64,000 bases of DNA from an uncultured archaeon (GTDB lineage Archaea; Aenigmatarchaeota; Aenigmatarchaeia; CG10238-14; SCSR01). The position numbers and the translations under genes are program-made. The notes beneath the pieces were generated by a model. That model saw only the letters and a list, made by a program, of their open reading frames with translations. It made no database searches and had not been told where the DNA came from. Shown here one piece after another: positions 19,790 to 29,094 of this stretch. The DNA lies in NCBI GenBank assembly GCA_964400475.1, contig CAYNTH010000002.1, forward strand, positions 991 through 64,990, read 5' to 3'. How positions within the stretch are numbered: position 1 is the first letter of the stretch; every line of letters begins with the position of its first letter.

Positions 19790-20650
19790 GTGGAAGCTAT
19801 GAATTTAATTAAAAAATACAGACCCTACGGTATTCCTGTAACAAATCTATGTTCTCAGTTGTGGTGTGAAAAACAGTTCGAATTCTCACTTGAACACGGT
19901 AGAAGGATAACAAAAGGGATGAAAAAAGGAAAAGACAGGCACGAAGAACTACACGAGGAAATTGTGGAATTAGTCGAGTTGATTCCGAGATCATACGAGG
20001 ATAGATTGGCGATTAAGCTTCGTGATTGTTATACTGGTCTTAAAAATTTGTTAGCTGAGAATATAACTAGGGAAATCCCGGTCTGGGGGAAGGTCAATTC
20101 TTTATTCGTTGTGGGGGTCATCGATGAAATAAATTTCGAAAACAACAATCTCAAGATTTTGGACAACAAGACTAGGAGATCGAATAGGATGCCGACAATG
20201 GCCCAGAAAAGAACCACCCAGTTCCAATTGATGATATATCATCATCTACTGAGATTGATTAAGAAAAATGAGTTTTCAGCTAGGGAGCTATTGAGAAATT
20301 ATGGTTTTGATTCAAATAGCAAAATCACTAACAGTCTGATTAAGCAGGTGAATAAAGTTGGGGAAAATATTGAACCAAATTTGTTGAAGTTGGCTAAAGA
20401 TACGTTCGCTTCAATAGGGGAGCTACCAGAGTTATCGAATGATTTGCACGTTAGATACGAATATCAGAAGTCTAAGGAAATTATAGGTGTGGATAAGTTC
20501 ACGTTTGATCCATTCAAATTTCAGAAAACTTGTAATTTTGTAGAGGAATTTTGGTTGGGCAAACGGAATGCGAAACCTGTGAGTTCCAGAAATAAATGGA
20601 AGTGTAAGTTCTGTGAGTTTAAAGAAATGTGTGACAACTGTCAATTATAA
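19790..20650 (+). CDS. PD-(D/E)XK nuclease with Cas4/Exo5-type Fe-S cysteine cluster
   Basis: 286 aa. N-terminal Cys pair (LCSQLWC), VIDEI and LDNKT (D..D/E-x-K), QFQLMIYHH (QhxxY), and C-terminal CKFCEFKEMC = C-x2-C-x5-C. The ATG at 19799 is an alternative start. Confidence 0.75.
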   Translation: MEAMNLIKKYRPYGIPVTNLCSQLWCEKQFEFSLEHGRRITKGMKKGKDRHEELHEEIVELVELIPRSYEDRLAIKLRDCYTGLKNLLAENITREIPVWGKVNSLFVVGVIDEINFENNNLKILDNKTRRSNRMPTMAQKRTTQFQLMIYHHLLRLIKKNEFSARELLRNYGFDSNSKITNSLIKQVNKVGENIEPNLLKLAKDTFASIGELPELSNDLHVRYEYQKSKEIIGVDKFTFDPFKFQKTCNFVEEFWLGKRNAKPVSSRNKWKCKFCEFKEMCDNCQL

Positions 20651-20651
20651 A

Positions 20652-21062
20652 CTATTTCTTCTTTTCAGGTTTCTCAGATTTTTTCTTTTTGTTCTTTCCT
20701 TTCCCCTTTTTGGGATATTTTTGATCGGGTTTCTGTTTTTCTGCATGCGCTTTTAGTTCGGCCGCTGATGGTTTTTTGAGATTCAATTTTTTGACCAATC
20801 CGGCCTTTTCATAAGCTGCTATGACCTTTTCGTCACCGTCGCCTTCTTTAATATCGACCTTGTATTCGGTTGCTTTCAAATGATCTATGTTACATCTCCT
20901 TCTCTTGACCTCCGTGAGCGGTTTAGGTCCTGTAACTACAACAAAACTAGAATCTCCTTTCTTGCCTTTGGTTGGTTCAACAACCACACAATATTTACCT
21001 GCTTCCCTACCAGCCACTTTCATACATACTCTTCCGACATCATATACTACCATCGAATTCAC
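20652..21062 (-). CDS. rpl14e: 50S ribosomal protein L14e (eL14) with Lys-rich C-terminal tail
   Basis: 136 aa. KOW-like VGRVCMKVAGREAGKYCVVV. Tail ..KKGKGKNKKKKSEKPEKKK. Confidence 0.88.
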   Translation of the reverse strand: MNSMVVYDVGRVCMKVAGREAGKYCVVVEPTKGKKGDSSFVVVTGPKPLTEVKRRRCNIDHLKATEYKVDIKEGDGDEKVIAAYEKAGLVKKLNLKKPSAAELKAHAEKQKPDQKYPKKGKGKNKKKKSEKPEKKK

Positions 21063-21093
21063 CTTTTCATTAGTTTACCGTATAATTTTAAAT

Positions 21094-21345
21094 TTATTTT
21101 ATCTCTACCTTATTTTTCATTTTCTGTCTTAGGCATCTGCTGCAAAGATTACCACCGTAAGGCCTGTTAGGCCTCCTTTTAGTTTTTGGTAATTTTCTTA
21201 ATTTGCCTGGTCTTCTTTTTGGTACACCGTGTAATTTGGCACCACACTCTGCGCATTTGGCGTGACTAGGTTGTCCCCTCTTCCTTCTTACAACATGTCT
21301 TCCAGATGGTGTTTTCTTTTGAACTTTCTTATGTTTTCTAGCCAT
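21094..21345 (-). CDS. rpl34e: 50S ribosomal protein L34e (eL34)
   Basis: 83 aa. TPSGRHVVRRKR..CAECGAKLHGV..YGGNLCSRC zinc motif. Confidence 0.9.
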   Translation of the reverse strand: MARKHKKVQKKTPSGRHVVRRKRGQPSHAKCAECGAKLHGVPKRRPGKLRKLPKTKRRPNRPYGGNLCSRCLRQKMKNKVEIK

Positions 21346-21354
21346 TTTATCACA

Positions 21355-21843
21355 TCATTGCATCCCGAGTATTTTTCTTATTACCCACCCCATGGTGAAT
21401 GACACTAGTACATACCATCCAATCCAATTCAACCGTTTACCTATGATAGGTGCTTCGAATGGAAGGTTTGCTACTACCATACCACTGTATTGATACTTCA
21501 ACCACGGTAGGAATATTGATATTACAATCAATGATATTAATAAAGATTTATAACTATGCTTCATGAATTCTGCGTTCATTTCCATCATTTGGTTGAGCAG
21601 TTTGTCAGTATTGTCCTTGTCTCCTTTCTTTTGAGCATCTGTCAGATCTTCTCTTATATTTTGTATCCCCTCTCTAAGTTCCTTCATCGTTTCCACGTCC
21701 GTGAATTTTTTTGTAAGAACTATTATCGATATTGTTATGATGGATGATAACAAGAACAAAGCTATCATCGGGTTGAGTGCCAATATTGGGGAGAATAAAC
21801 TATTCATAGGACCAATCAGCATGCTCGTCAATCCTTCCATCAT
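21355..21843 (-). CDS. DUF106/EMC3-like membrane protein (archaeal YidC/Oxa1-like insertase)
   Basis: 162 aa. Three TM spans with a coiled, charged loop (KELREGIQNIREDLTDAQKKGD). Conserved position between secY and L34e. Confidence 0.75.
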   Translation of the reverse strand: MMEGLTSMLIGPMNSLFSPILALNPMIALFLLSSIITISIIVLTKKFTDVETMKELREGIQNIREDLTDAQKKGDKDNTDKLLNQMMEMNAEFMKHSYKSLLISLIVISIFLPWLKYQYSGMVVANLPFEAPIIGKRLNWIGWYVLVSFTMGWVIRKILGMQ

Positions 21844-21855
21844 TTTATCACCTTA

Positions 21856-23292
21856 TTATTCGAATATTTTCCTTACCAACGGGTGAGCCTCGTCCAGTCT
21901 CTCCCTACCGAGCTCTTCATAATAATTATACACTATCATAACAGTTAAAAGCATTCCTGTACCAGTTCCTAACGCGCCCATAAAATCTGCTAATGATGCC
22001 AATAGTCCTACTGTTATTCCCCCTATAGCTGCTAGAGCCGGTATGTATTTACTTAATACGTTCTTGATTACTCTCTGATTACTCCTATATCCAGGTATCT
22101 GCATTCCTATGGAGCTTATCTGTTCTGCCACTGATTCGGCGTCCATTCCAGAGGTCGTAACCCAAAATATGGAGAAAATCGTTGCCAGCGTTGCCATAAA
22201 AATAGTATATGTTACCATTCTCAATATATCTGGATTAGTTGATGATCCAAATAGTAAGTTTTTGACAATATCGTGGACAATTGTTTTGGACGATGTCAGA
22301 TAATATACCAATCCCTCTGTTGGGGTTCCCTGTTTGTCGAAACATCCGAGTATACTACATGATAGGCCGTTTGTAGGTGTTGCCGACATTCTGCCCATGA
22401 GTTGTAAGTTAGCTACTAGTGCGGCTGTCAGTATAACAGGTATGTTGCTTGTATATAATAGCTTCAACGGCCAACTCCTCCCAAATCCTCTTAGGGAAGA
22501 GAAAGATAATGGTATTTCCACTCTCACATTCTGTATGTAAACAACCAATATCAATATCGTTAATGTCGCGAACATCGGCCATCCTGATTCGAATGCTGTC
22601 ACAGGATTCCCTTGGAAAACTGCTATTATGAAGTTCCACAGCAGTCCTGTTGGCGGATTACCCGCGCTTGGTAAACAAGTTCCTATATTACCAGGTACGC
22701 AAGTTGCGACGAATGGAGACAATACTTTGATTAGTATTTGGCTACCAACACCAGCTGCTATAAATAAGCTTATACCCGAACCAAATCCCCATTTACTGAC
22801 TATCTCGTCTAGCAGTATGACTATTATGGCTCCTGATGCTAGTTGTATTATGACGAATAGTTTCAACAACATCCCACCGAATACAGGCAACGCACCGAAT
22901 AACACGAAAGCCGCTGCTTCCACAAAACACAGTAGTACTGCCAAGAATTTGTTCCACGATTGGAATTTTTCCCTACCTTCTGGGCTGTTCGTGTCCCAAT
23001 CAAGTATCTGTGACCCCACCAATAACTGTAATAATATACCCGATGTTACTAGTGGCCCTATACCGAGTGTCATCAAGCTTCCAAATTTCGACCCCAGTAC
23101 TACTTCGAAGAATCTGAATTGTTCAAAATCCGCTGTTTGTACACCGTAAGCTGTTATAGAAGACAATACGAAATATAATGTCAATGCGATTCCTGTCCAT
23201 TTTAATCTGGTGTTCACTGTCTGTTGGAATTTGGGTTTTTTGACTGAGGGAATGTATTCAACGATTTTATTGATGTCTATTCCTAAATCCAT
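21856..23292 (-). CDS. secY: Preprotein translocase subunit SecY
   Basis: 478 aa, 10-TM pattern. Immediately follows uL15 as in the archaeal spc-like cluster. Confidence 0.93.
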   Translation of the reverse strand: MDLGIDINKIVEYIPSVKKPKFQQTVNTRLKWTGIALTLYFVLSSITAYGVQTADFEQFRFFEVVLGSKFGSLMTLGIGPLVTSGILLQLLVGSQILDWDTNSPEGREKFQSWNKFLAVLLCFVEAAAFVLFGALPVFGGMLLKLFVIIQLASGAIIVILLDEIVSKWGFGSGISLFIAAGVGSQILIKVLSPFVATCVPGNIGTCLPSAGNPPTGLLWNFIIAVFQGNPVTAFESGWPMFATLTILILVVYIQNVRVEIPLSFSSLRGFGRSWPLKLLYTSNIPVILTAALVANLQLMGRMSATPTNGLSCSILGCFDKQGTPTEGLVYYLTSSKTIVHDIVKNLLFGSSTNPDILRMVTYTIFMATLATIFSIFWVTTSGMDAESVAEQISSIGMQIPGYRSNQRVIKNVLSKYIPALAAIGGITVGLLASLADFMGALGTGTGMLLTVMIVYNYYEELGRERLDEAHPLVRKIFE

Positions 23293-23315
23293 TTTTATCG
23301 TCCGTTAAATATCGA

Positions 23316-23777
23316 TTAAGCCGCCCTTTCCTTTATATCGGTTTTTTCCACTTTTTTATCATCTATTCCGGTCTTTTCATCGCCATCGATTATGACCGTT
23401 CCACCAGCCGCTTCTATCTTTTCTTTCGCTCTCTTAGAGAACGATTTCGCGGTAACTTCCAGCGCACTCTCTATTTTACCACTGCCCAGGACCTTATCAT
23501 ATCCTAATTCCGTCAGATTAATTTTGTTGCTCTTTGCAATATCTTGCAATTTTTTCACATTGATAATTACATCTTCTTTTCGCCTTACAGGTTTGAACCC
23601 CCGTTTACCGAAATGATCTTTGTTGTATTTTACAGTATGGCTCCATTTGTGTTTGTGTAGGCCCGCATTTCCTCTACCACCGCGGCTACCTCCGCCCCTA
23701 TGTTTCTTGTGCGAACCGTATCCGTAACTCCGCTTGCCGCGGAATTTCTTGTATTTCTTCTTTTTTCTTATTACCAT
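23316..23777 (-). CDS. rpl15: 50S ribosomal protein L15 (uL15)
   Basis: 153 aa. Gly/Arg-rich N-terminus ..HKKHRGGGSRGGRGNAGLHKHKW. In L30-L15-SecY order. Confidence 0.9.
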   Translation of the reverse strand: MVIRKKKKYKKFRGKRSYGYGSHKKHRGGGSRGGRGNAGLHKHKWSHTVKYNKDHFGKRGFKPVRRKEDVIINVKKLQDIAKSNKINLTELGYDKVLGSGKIESALEVTAKSFSKRAKEKIEAAGGTVIIDGDEKTGIDDKKVEKTDIKERAA

Positions 23778-23789
23778 AAATAAAAACCT

Positions 23790-24254
23790 TCATATCATCT
23801 TTTCTATCAGTTCATTGATTTTATCTTCGTTGTTCCCGAGATTGCCCTTTGGATAGTTCTTCTTGGTTGATTTGAATCCCTTAGATGGTGGTGTCAATCT
23901 GAAATATGGCTTCAATTTTGGGACGTCCTTAATTTTGACATTTCCGTCTAATACGTCCTTCGCCAACTTCTCTATGGTTTCGTAACCAGTTTCTTTAACA
24001 GTTTCTTCGTTCAATCTGACATTCCCTTCCAATCGCCCCCTCTTTTTCAACATTTTGGATAATGTGTCCAAATCAATTTTCCCGAATGCCACTTGATCTT
24101 TTACCTTTTTGACAATTCCTCTATTTGTTGGGGTGTCATCTACTACAATACAGTGGTTTGGTTTTTTCAATCTCAATACTTCCAGCGCTCTCTCCACCTT
24201 CACATTTCTATTAACCGTTCCCTTTATCCTTATAATCGCTATCATATTTTTCAC
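23790..24254 (-). CDS. rpl30: 50S ribosomal protein L30 (uL30)
   Basis: 154 aa. IAIIRIKGTVNRNVKVERALEVLRLKK start. Operon position. Confidence 0.9.
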   Translation of the reverse strand: MKNMIAIIRIKGTVNRNVKVERALEVLRLKKPNHCIVVDDTPTNRGIVKKVKDQVAFGKIDLDTLSKMLKKRGRLEGNVRLNEETVKETGYETIEKLAKDVLDGNVKIKDVPKLKPYFRLTPPSKGFKSTKKNYPKGNLGNNEDKINELIEKMI

Positions 24255-25153
24255 CTATCATATTGGTACAGATTCTTCAAAGCATCGAAAAGAGCAGATA
24301 TAAGGTTTATTCTCATTGCAGTATTCCCGAATGTTTTTATCCAAACATCTTGTATGCCAGCAAGTTTCAGAATTTTCTTGGATTCATCATCTGCTACTAG
24401 TCCCAGTCCCTTTGGCGCTGGTATGAGGACAACTCTAACACTACCAGATTTGCCTTCGGTTTTGTATGGTATGCTATGGTTTCCACCACAACCGCATTCC
24501 CAACTACCACAACCTCTTTTAACTTTGATTATATTTGTTTTGGCCTTGTTGATGGCCTTTTGAATTGCTTCTCTGGTTTCGGTTGCCCTACCCTTGCTTA
24601 ATCCAACAATCCCATCTCCGTTTCCAACAACTGCAAAAGAGTTATACATGAACCTTCTACCAGATCTGTTCATAGTAGCCGTTATTCTTATTGGAATACG
24701 CTTAATTCCACCGCCCTTTCCTCTTCTTCCCCCTATAAGTATCAATTCGCTTTTCAAATTGGGTATCAATTTGTCCACAATTTCGGGCTCTATTATCTTT
24801 TGCCCAGAATCCAGGAGTTTGTCTATATCGGTTATTTTGCCAGCTAATACGTCCTTACCTAATTTAGTTTTGGGTGTCCAGCCGGATATGTCCGCATTCA
24901 CATCCCTGCCAATATCTTTTTTATCTTCAGTTGGTTGTTTCGCTTCGTCTTCAGCTTGTTCACGTTCTTTTTCGGATTCCTCTTCTTCGGGTTTTTCAAC
25001 CTTTCCCTCTTCTTCCATCGCTTTCTTTTCGGATTTTTTTATCTCATCTGGGGCCTTTTCAGGAGTGACCTCTTCTTTCAATTTCTCCTCCTTTTCTTCC
25101 TCGTCTTTTTCCAGCTTCTTTGCCCTTTCCTGTTTTTCTTTCTCTTCTGGCAT
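24251..25153 (-). CDS. rps5: 30S ribosomal protein S5 (uS5) with about 95-aa Glu/Lys-rich N-terminal extension
   Basis: Core ..WTPKTKLGK..VGNGDGIVGLSKGRATE..GSWECGCGGNHS... The track ORF starts at 25189, overlapping uL18. The ATG at 25153 (MPEEKEK..) abuts the uL18 stop. Confidence 0.9.
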   Translation of the reverse strand: MPEEKEKQERAKKLEKDEEEKEEKLKEEVTPEKAPDEIKKSEKKAMEEEGKVEKPEEEESEKEREQAEDEAKQPTEDKKDIGRDVNADISGWTPKTKLGKDVLAGKITDIDKLLDSGQKIIEPEIVDKLIPNLKSELILIGGRRGKGGGIKRIPIRITATMNRSGRRFMYNSFAVVGNGDGIVGLSKGRATETREAIQKAINKAKTNIIKVKRGCGSWECGCGGNHSIPYKTEGKSGSVRVVLIPAPKGLGLVADDESKKILKLAGIQDVWIKTFGNTAMRINLISALFDALKNLYQYDR

Positions 25154-25154
25154 A

Positions 25155-25679
25155 TCAATTACCTTCGATATTTTTCTTAACTTCTTCAAATTTTGATGTG
25201 ATTCCCTTGAATTTATTTTTATATGATTCTATGTGTCCTCCAGTAATTCTTTCCTTTGATGGGAACATTTCCTCGTTGTGTGGTACTTTCAATCCAGAGT
25301 CTACCGCACCCTTGACAACGGCATATATCCTCGATCCTTTGGTGGATGTATATAATCCTGTGTCTAGTACGGCCTCTTCGATTCCATTTTCCAATGCGAG
25401 TTTTCCAATCATGAGTCCTGTCAGATACGCTGCTGGAGTATTGTCGCAGGCGAAATCCCACCCCATGTCTTTTAATTTAATCGAGTTGACAGCTGCTATT
25501 GTTTTGTCACCTTTTTCATCGTATTCGATGATTTGTGTTCGTATATAATTCAAGCTCCTCCTCATCACTAATCTGGGTTTATCAGATTTCAATAATTTCA
25601 ATCTCTTGTGATAATTGGTTTTACCTTCCCTTCTTCTCTTGAAATGTCTTTTTCTAGTCGGTTTGATCTTGGCCACCAT
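25155..25679 (-). CDS. rpl18: 50S ribosomal protein L18 (uL18)
   Basis: 174 aa. [32 protein letters not shown] start. Confidence 0.9.
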   Translation of the reverse strand: MVAKIKPTRKRHFKRRREGKTNYHKRLKLLKSDKPRLVMRRSLNYIRTQIIEYDEKGDKTIAAVNSIKLKDMGWDFACDNTPAAYLTGLMIGKLALENGIEEAVLDTGLYTSTKGSRIYAVVKGAVDSGLKVPHNEEMFPSKERITGGHIESYKNKFKGITSKFEEVKKNIEGN

Positions 25680-25680
25680 G

Positions 25681-26118
25681 TCACTCTTCCTCTTTTATCA
25701 TATCATGTTGTGTCATGTATATTTTCATATGAGATCTACTCCTGAATTGACCTCCTTTGATTAGTGAGTAAACCTTTCTATAAGTTGCATTGTTTATCTT
25801 ATCCTCGGATTTCATTTTTTTGAGCAATCTCCTCAGCGGTCTCACAGTTTTTATCCACCTGTCTTTTCTGGATAGTCTCGCATATTTCTTACCTTTTCTA
25901 CTACCCGGTCCCCTTCTCCTTTTCTTTTTCTTGGGTTTTTTGATTTTTTCGGGCTTAGCCTTTATCTTCCCATTATTGATCAACATCTTGACATCCGCCC
26001 TTGTTATGGCTGATTCTACTTCTTTCTGGTCCTCCTTGTTCGGACTAATCCAAACTTTGGATTTTCCCACTTTCAATATATCGGCTGCGAGCCTCTTCTG
26101 GAGTTTCAAATCAGTCAT
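25681..26118 (-). CDS. rpl19e: 50S ribosomal protein L19e (eL19)
   Basis: 145 aa. [23 protein letters not shown] start and a polybasic centre. Confidence 0.9.
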   Translation of the reverse strand: MTDLKLQKRLAADILKVGKSKVWISPNKEDQKEVESAITRADVKMLINNGKIKAKPEKIKKPKKKKRRRGPGSRKGKKYARLSRKDRWIKTVRPLRRLLKKMKSEDKINNATYRKVYSLIKGGQFRSRSHMKIYMTQHDMIKEEE

Positions 26119-26133
26119 AATATCACTATTATT

Positions 26134-26472
26134 TTATGGGTTCAATATTTTCAAACCTTTCTTTTCAGCCTTTTTAATAATATCTTCCTTCTTTTTCTTA
26201 CCAATAGCAGCTGATATCCTTATAGCTTCTGTTTTCTCATTCACTCTTTTAAGATCATGAAGATTCCTAACAAAAAATTCATTTTTTCCGGATGGGTGTT
26301 TACCTCTCCATGCGATTGGTCCACGTCTACCCACCTTTGGCATTTCCGGCTTACCCTTCTTACCCTTTCTCATCTTGCTTTGGGATCCTCTCGGTTTTTT
26401 CCATTTTTCTTTCAATCTCTTATGAGTGTGAACTTTCTGCCTTTTGTACTTCTTCTTAGCCATTAATAACAC
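26134..26472 (-). CDS. rpl32e: 50S ribosomal protein L32e (eL32)
   Basis: 112 aa. ..WKKPRGSQSKMR..WRGKHPSGKNEFFVRN.. blocks. Confidence 0.9.
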   Translation of the reverse strand: MLLMAKKKYKRQKVHTHKRLKEKWKKPRGSQSKMRKGKKGKPEMPKVGRRGPIAWRGKHPSGKNEFFVRNLHDLKRVNEKTEAIRISAAIGKKKKEDIIKKAEKKGLKILNP

Positions 26473-26483
26473 CTCATATTAAA

Positions 26484-27038
26484 TCAAACTTCACCTTTGG
26501 GCTTCTTCACTATAAATATTCCATCTTGGAATATCCTTCTATCATGGTCTTTTATGTTAGTAGCCCTTTCCATATTGGCGGCTGTTTGTCCCACCGCTTC
26601 TATGTTAGGTCCCTTTACAATTATATCAGAACCTTTAACCTCGATTTTCGTAGTTTCGCCCATTATATCCGATTTTCTGGGTTCCTTTTCACCGAGGAAA
26701 TTTTGTATAATTACCTCATTTTTCTTATCATCCACTTTGACCGTGACTGGGAAGTGGCTGTATATGACCTTCAGCTCGGCCGTGAACCCCTCTGTTACAC
26801 CAGTAATCATGTTTTTGATATGTGCGAGTATGCTGCCGACAATTGCCTTCTTTCGTCTTTTTTCGGACTCGCTCGACACAGTTACGACATTTCCGTTTTT
26901 TTCGATGTCAACGCCATATATGTGGCGGAACGTCCTTGTGATTTTTCCATTTTCTCCACTAACGGTCACTTTATACCCGTCTATTTCTACTTCGACGCCA
27001 TCAGGCACTTCCGTCTCTTTTTTGTACATATTATACAC
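26484..27038 (-). CDS. rpl6: 50S ribosomal protein L6 (uL6)
   Basis: 184 aa. Duplicated alpha/beta domain pattern. In S8-L6-L32e order. Confidence 0.9.
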   Translation of the reverse strand: MYNMYKKETEVPDGVEVEIDGYKVTVSGENGKITRTFRHIYGVDIEKNGNVVTVSSESEKRRKKAIVGSILAHIKNMITGVTEGFTAELKVIYSHFPVTVKVDDKKNEVIIQNFLGEKEPRKSDIMGETTKIEVKGSDIIVKGPNIEAVGQTAANMERATNIKDHDRRIFQDGIFIVKKPKGEV

Positions 27039-27101
27039 CTTAGTGTAGGTGGTATTGGTCCAGTTTCCTGTAATTATAAACTATTTAGAGTATGAAATAC
27101 T

Positions 27102-27488
27102 TTAATAAACATACGCTATCAGTTTTCCACCCATTTTCATCTCTTTTGCACTATTGTGTTCCATGACACCTTTAGATGTGGAAAGAACTAGTAAGCCGAA
27201 ATCACGGGCAGGTAAATATCTCTTTTCCCATTCTTCGAATTCCTTTGCAGACAGCGAAAATCTGGGTTTTATAGCATTACAATCAACTATTTTTCCCTTC
27301 AATTCGATGTGGAATTTGCCACCGCGACCGTCGTCTATAAACTCAAAAGCCCCGATATAATCATGTTTCTGCATGATCTCTAAAATAGCTTTAATCAAAT
27401 TAGACGATCTGACAGTACAGGTATTCTTACCAATCTTTTCAGCATTCTTTATGGTTGACATCATATCTGCCAACGGGTCATGTAACAT
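27102..27488 (-). CDS. rps8: 30S ribosomal protein S8 (uS8)
   Basis: 128 aa. DPLADMMSTIKNAEKIGK start, ..VLSTSKGVMEH..A....GGKLIAYVY end. Confidence 0.92.
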   Translation of the reverse strand: MLHDPLADMMSTIKNAEKIGKNTCTVRSSNLIKAILEIMQKHDYIGAFEFIDDGRGGKFHIELKGKIVDCNAIKPRFSLSAKEFEEWEKRYLPARDFGLLVLSTSKGVMEHNSAKEMKMGGKLIAYVY

Positions 27489-27584
27489 TTATACACCTTA
27501 CAAATTCAAACATATAATACTATGTTTCTATATGTAAAGAGTTATTTTAATTTAAAAACTTTAAAAGTTTGACTGATTTCTGGC

Positions 27585-28325
27585 TTAAATATATCCACTG
27601 GATTTGTATTCCTTCAAATCATCGATTGTCATCGAGGTTCCGCCGTTTTCTTCGTTGAATTCGTTTATATATTTCTCATGTCCGTCGTTGTCCTGCACAT
27701 ACAAACATTCTCCCGGCTCAATGTCCAGAGTGTATAACAAGTATTTGTACGCTTCCAGTTTCTGCTGAGGACCTATCACCGGTTTGCCATTCCATTTTTT
27801 AGCTGTCCCGTTCTTCTCAAGTATGCCCATGGAAGTACAACATCTCAATTCCCCGGTAAAGATGCCCAATTCGTTTATGACAGCGTGGTTGAATATGTAT
27901 TCGTCGTATGGTACGCTGCTTTTCTTCATTGCCCCGATAACGTAGTTCGCTACCTGGCTAACATCCCTTGTCAATAAAGCCCTCTTCTTGTCCGGATATG
28001 CTCTCAAAAAATCTATGAACGCGGGTTCTATCCTCTCAGATACCTTCTTGCCCCATTTGTGTATGCGCTCGTTGTGGATGAATTTGAAAAGTTCGAGGCT
28101 CATCTCTATAGAGCTAATCGCTGATTCTTCTATATCGCTGTTGATGTAGGTTTTCGTGATATCGTATATCATCTTTGCACTGTATTTTATTCCCTGGTCT
28201 ATGAAATGACCAATCGCTTCAGGTATTCCGGAGCGGGCGTAAGATAATCTGGACACTTGTGTCTTTTCCAGATCGCTTATTATTGCTTTCTTGCCATTCA
28301 TCATGTAGTCCAGTTCGTTAGACAT
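27585..28325 (-). CDS. Hypothetical protein, possibly divergent HAD-superfamily fold
   Basis: 246 aa. AIISDLEKTQV resembles a degenerate HAD motif I (DxDGT becomes DLEKT). C-terminal PQQKLEAYKYLL..GECLYVQDNDGHE resembles motif III/IV. Weak, by-eye only. Confidence 0.4.
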   Translation of the reverse strand: MSNELDYMMNGKKAIISDLEKTQVSRLSYARSGIPEAIGHFIDQGIKYSAKMIYDITKTYINSDIEESAISSIEMSLELFKFIHNERIHKWGKKVSERIEPAFIDFLRAYPDKKRALLTRDVSQVANYVIGAMKKSSVPYDEYIFNHAVINELGIFTGELRCCTSMGILEKNGTAKKWNGKPVIGPQQKLEAYKYLLYTLDIEPGECLYVQDNDGHEKYINEFNEENGGTSMTIDDLKEYKSSGYI

Positions 28326-28363
28326 ATTTTAGAATAGAGGATTTAACAAATTAAAGTTTAAAG

Positions 28364-28437
28364 TGCGACCGGCGGGATTTGAACCCGCGTGGCGAGCTTG
28401 GAAGGCTCGAATCTTAACCAGGCTGGATCACAGTCGC
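28364..28437 (-). tRNA. tRNA-Gly (anticodon UCC)
   Basis: Reverse complement: acceptor GCGACUG/CGGUCGC, anticodon stem CGAGC/GCUCG with loop CUUCCAA, T-arm GCGGG-UUCAAAU-CCCGC, discriminator A. Near-identical body to the tRNA-Gly(CCC) at 13467-13541. Confidence 0.9.
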
Positions 28438-28500
28438 TTTTTCCAACTATGTGTATAATGGTGGTTCTATTTAAAAAATCATCTTATTTTCGGTATTGGG

Positions 28501-29052
28501 TTATTGGTCCAATGGCAATGCCAATATCTTCTTTACTTCCATGTCGAAGAATCTTCTGGAAATTTCTGGTTTTATAACCATCACAGTGTCCGCTCCCCGC
28601 CCAGTTCCTCCTATAGCGATTATTTCGTCTTTTGTGTTGACATGGCCGCTGTCAGCAGCTTCCGCGGCTATTTCCAAACAGACTTTCGTTCCCTGTGAAA
28701 AGGTTCTGAGGGTGTTGGCTATTATACTACCAATGGAACTATCTGCCAGATTATTGACACCACCCATTGCATGTGCCGCTGTTATCATTTTCACCCCACG
28801 GTCTCTGAGGGCTTTCCTCAAATCTTCTGGAAACTCCACGGAATTAGACTTTCTGAATCCATACACATGTGTCACTATAACCAGATTTTTGTTTTCAAAA
28901 ATATCTGCCGCCTTTTCCGCAGTGTATCCAGTAGTAGAAGCAACAACAATGCTATCAGTGTTATGAGTTTCACAATATTCCTTGGCAATCATGAGTGCGT
29001 CATCCGTGCAACCTTTCCCGCCTTTTTTAAAATATGCAATCTTTTCTTCCAT
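28501..29052 (-). CDS. Pyruvate kinase C-terminal alpha/beta-domain-like protein
   Basis: 183 aa. Pattern ..DSIVVASTTGYTAEKAA..VIVTHVYGF..ITAAHAMGG..FSQGTKVCLEIAAEAADSG..IIAIGGTGRGADTVMVIKP matches stand-alone PK-C-like proteins of archaea as I recall them. Confidence 0.7.
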   Translation of the reverse strand: MEEKIAYFKKGGKGCTDDALMIAKEYCETHNTDSIVVASTTGYTAEKAADIFENKNLVIVTHVYGFRKSNSVEFPEDLRKALRDRGVKMITAAHAMGGVNNLADSSIGSIIANTLRTFSQGTKVCLEIAAEAADSGHVNTKDEIIAIGGTGRGADTVMVIKPEISRRFFDMEVKKILALPLDQ

Positions 29053-29094
29053 TAAAATTCCCTATATAATATATGAACCCCGTGTTAAAATTCG

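Noticed and set aside
24594-25196. 200-aa + strand ORF (and 24935-25180, 24874-25068) antisense to rps5
   Set aside because: Ser/Phe/Leu-rich low-complexity translation of the complement of the Glu/Lys-rich uS5 extension. The - strand product has unmistakable uS5 motifs, so this is a shadow ORF.
26497-27095. Two long + strand ORFs (183 and 189 aa) antisense to rpl6
   Set aside because: No motifs, and they fully overlap a confidently identified uL6 in a conserved operon. Typical antisense open frames of an AT-rich, purine-skewed gene.
28496-28966. 156-aa + strand ORF antisense to the PK-C-like gene
   Set aside because: The - strand frame shows a recognisable conserved family pattern, while the + frame is featureless.
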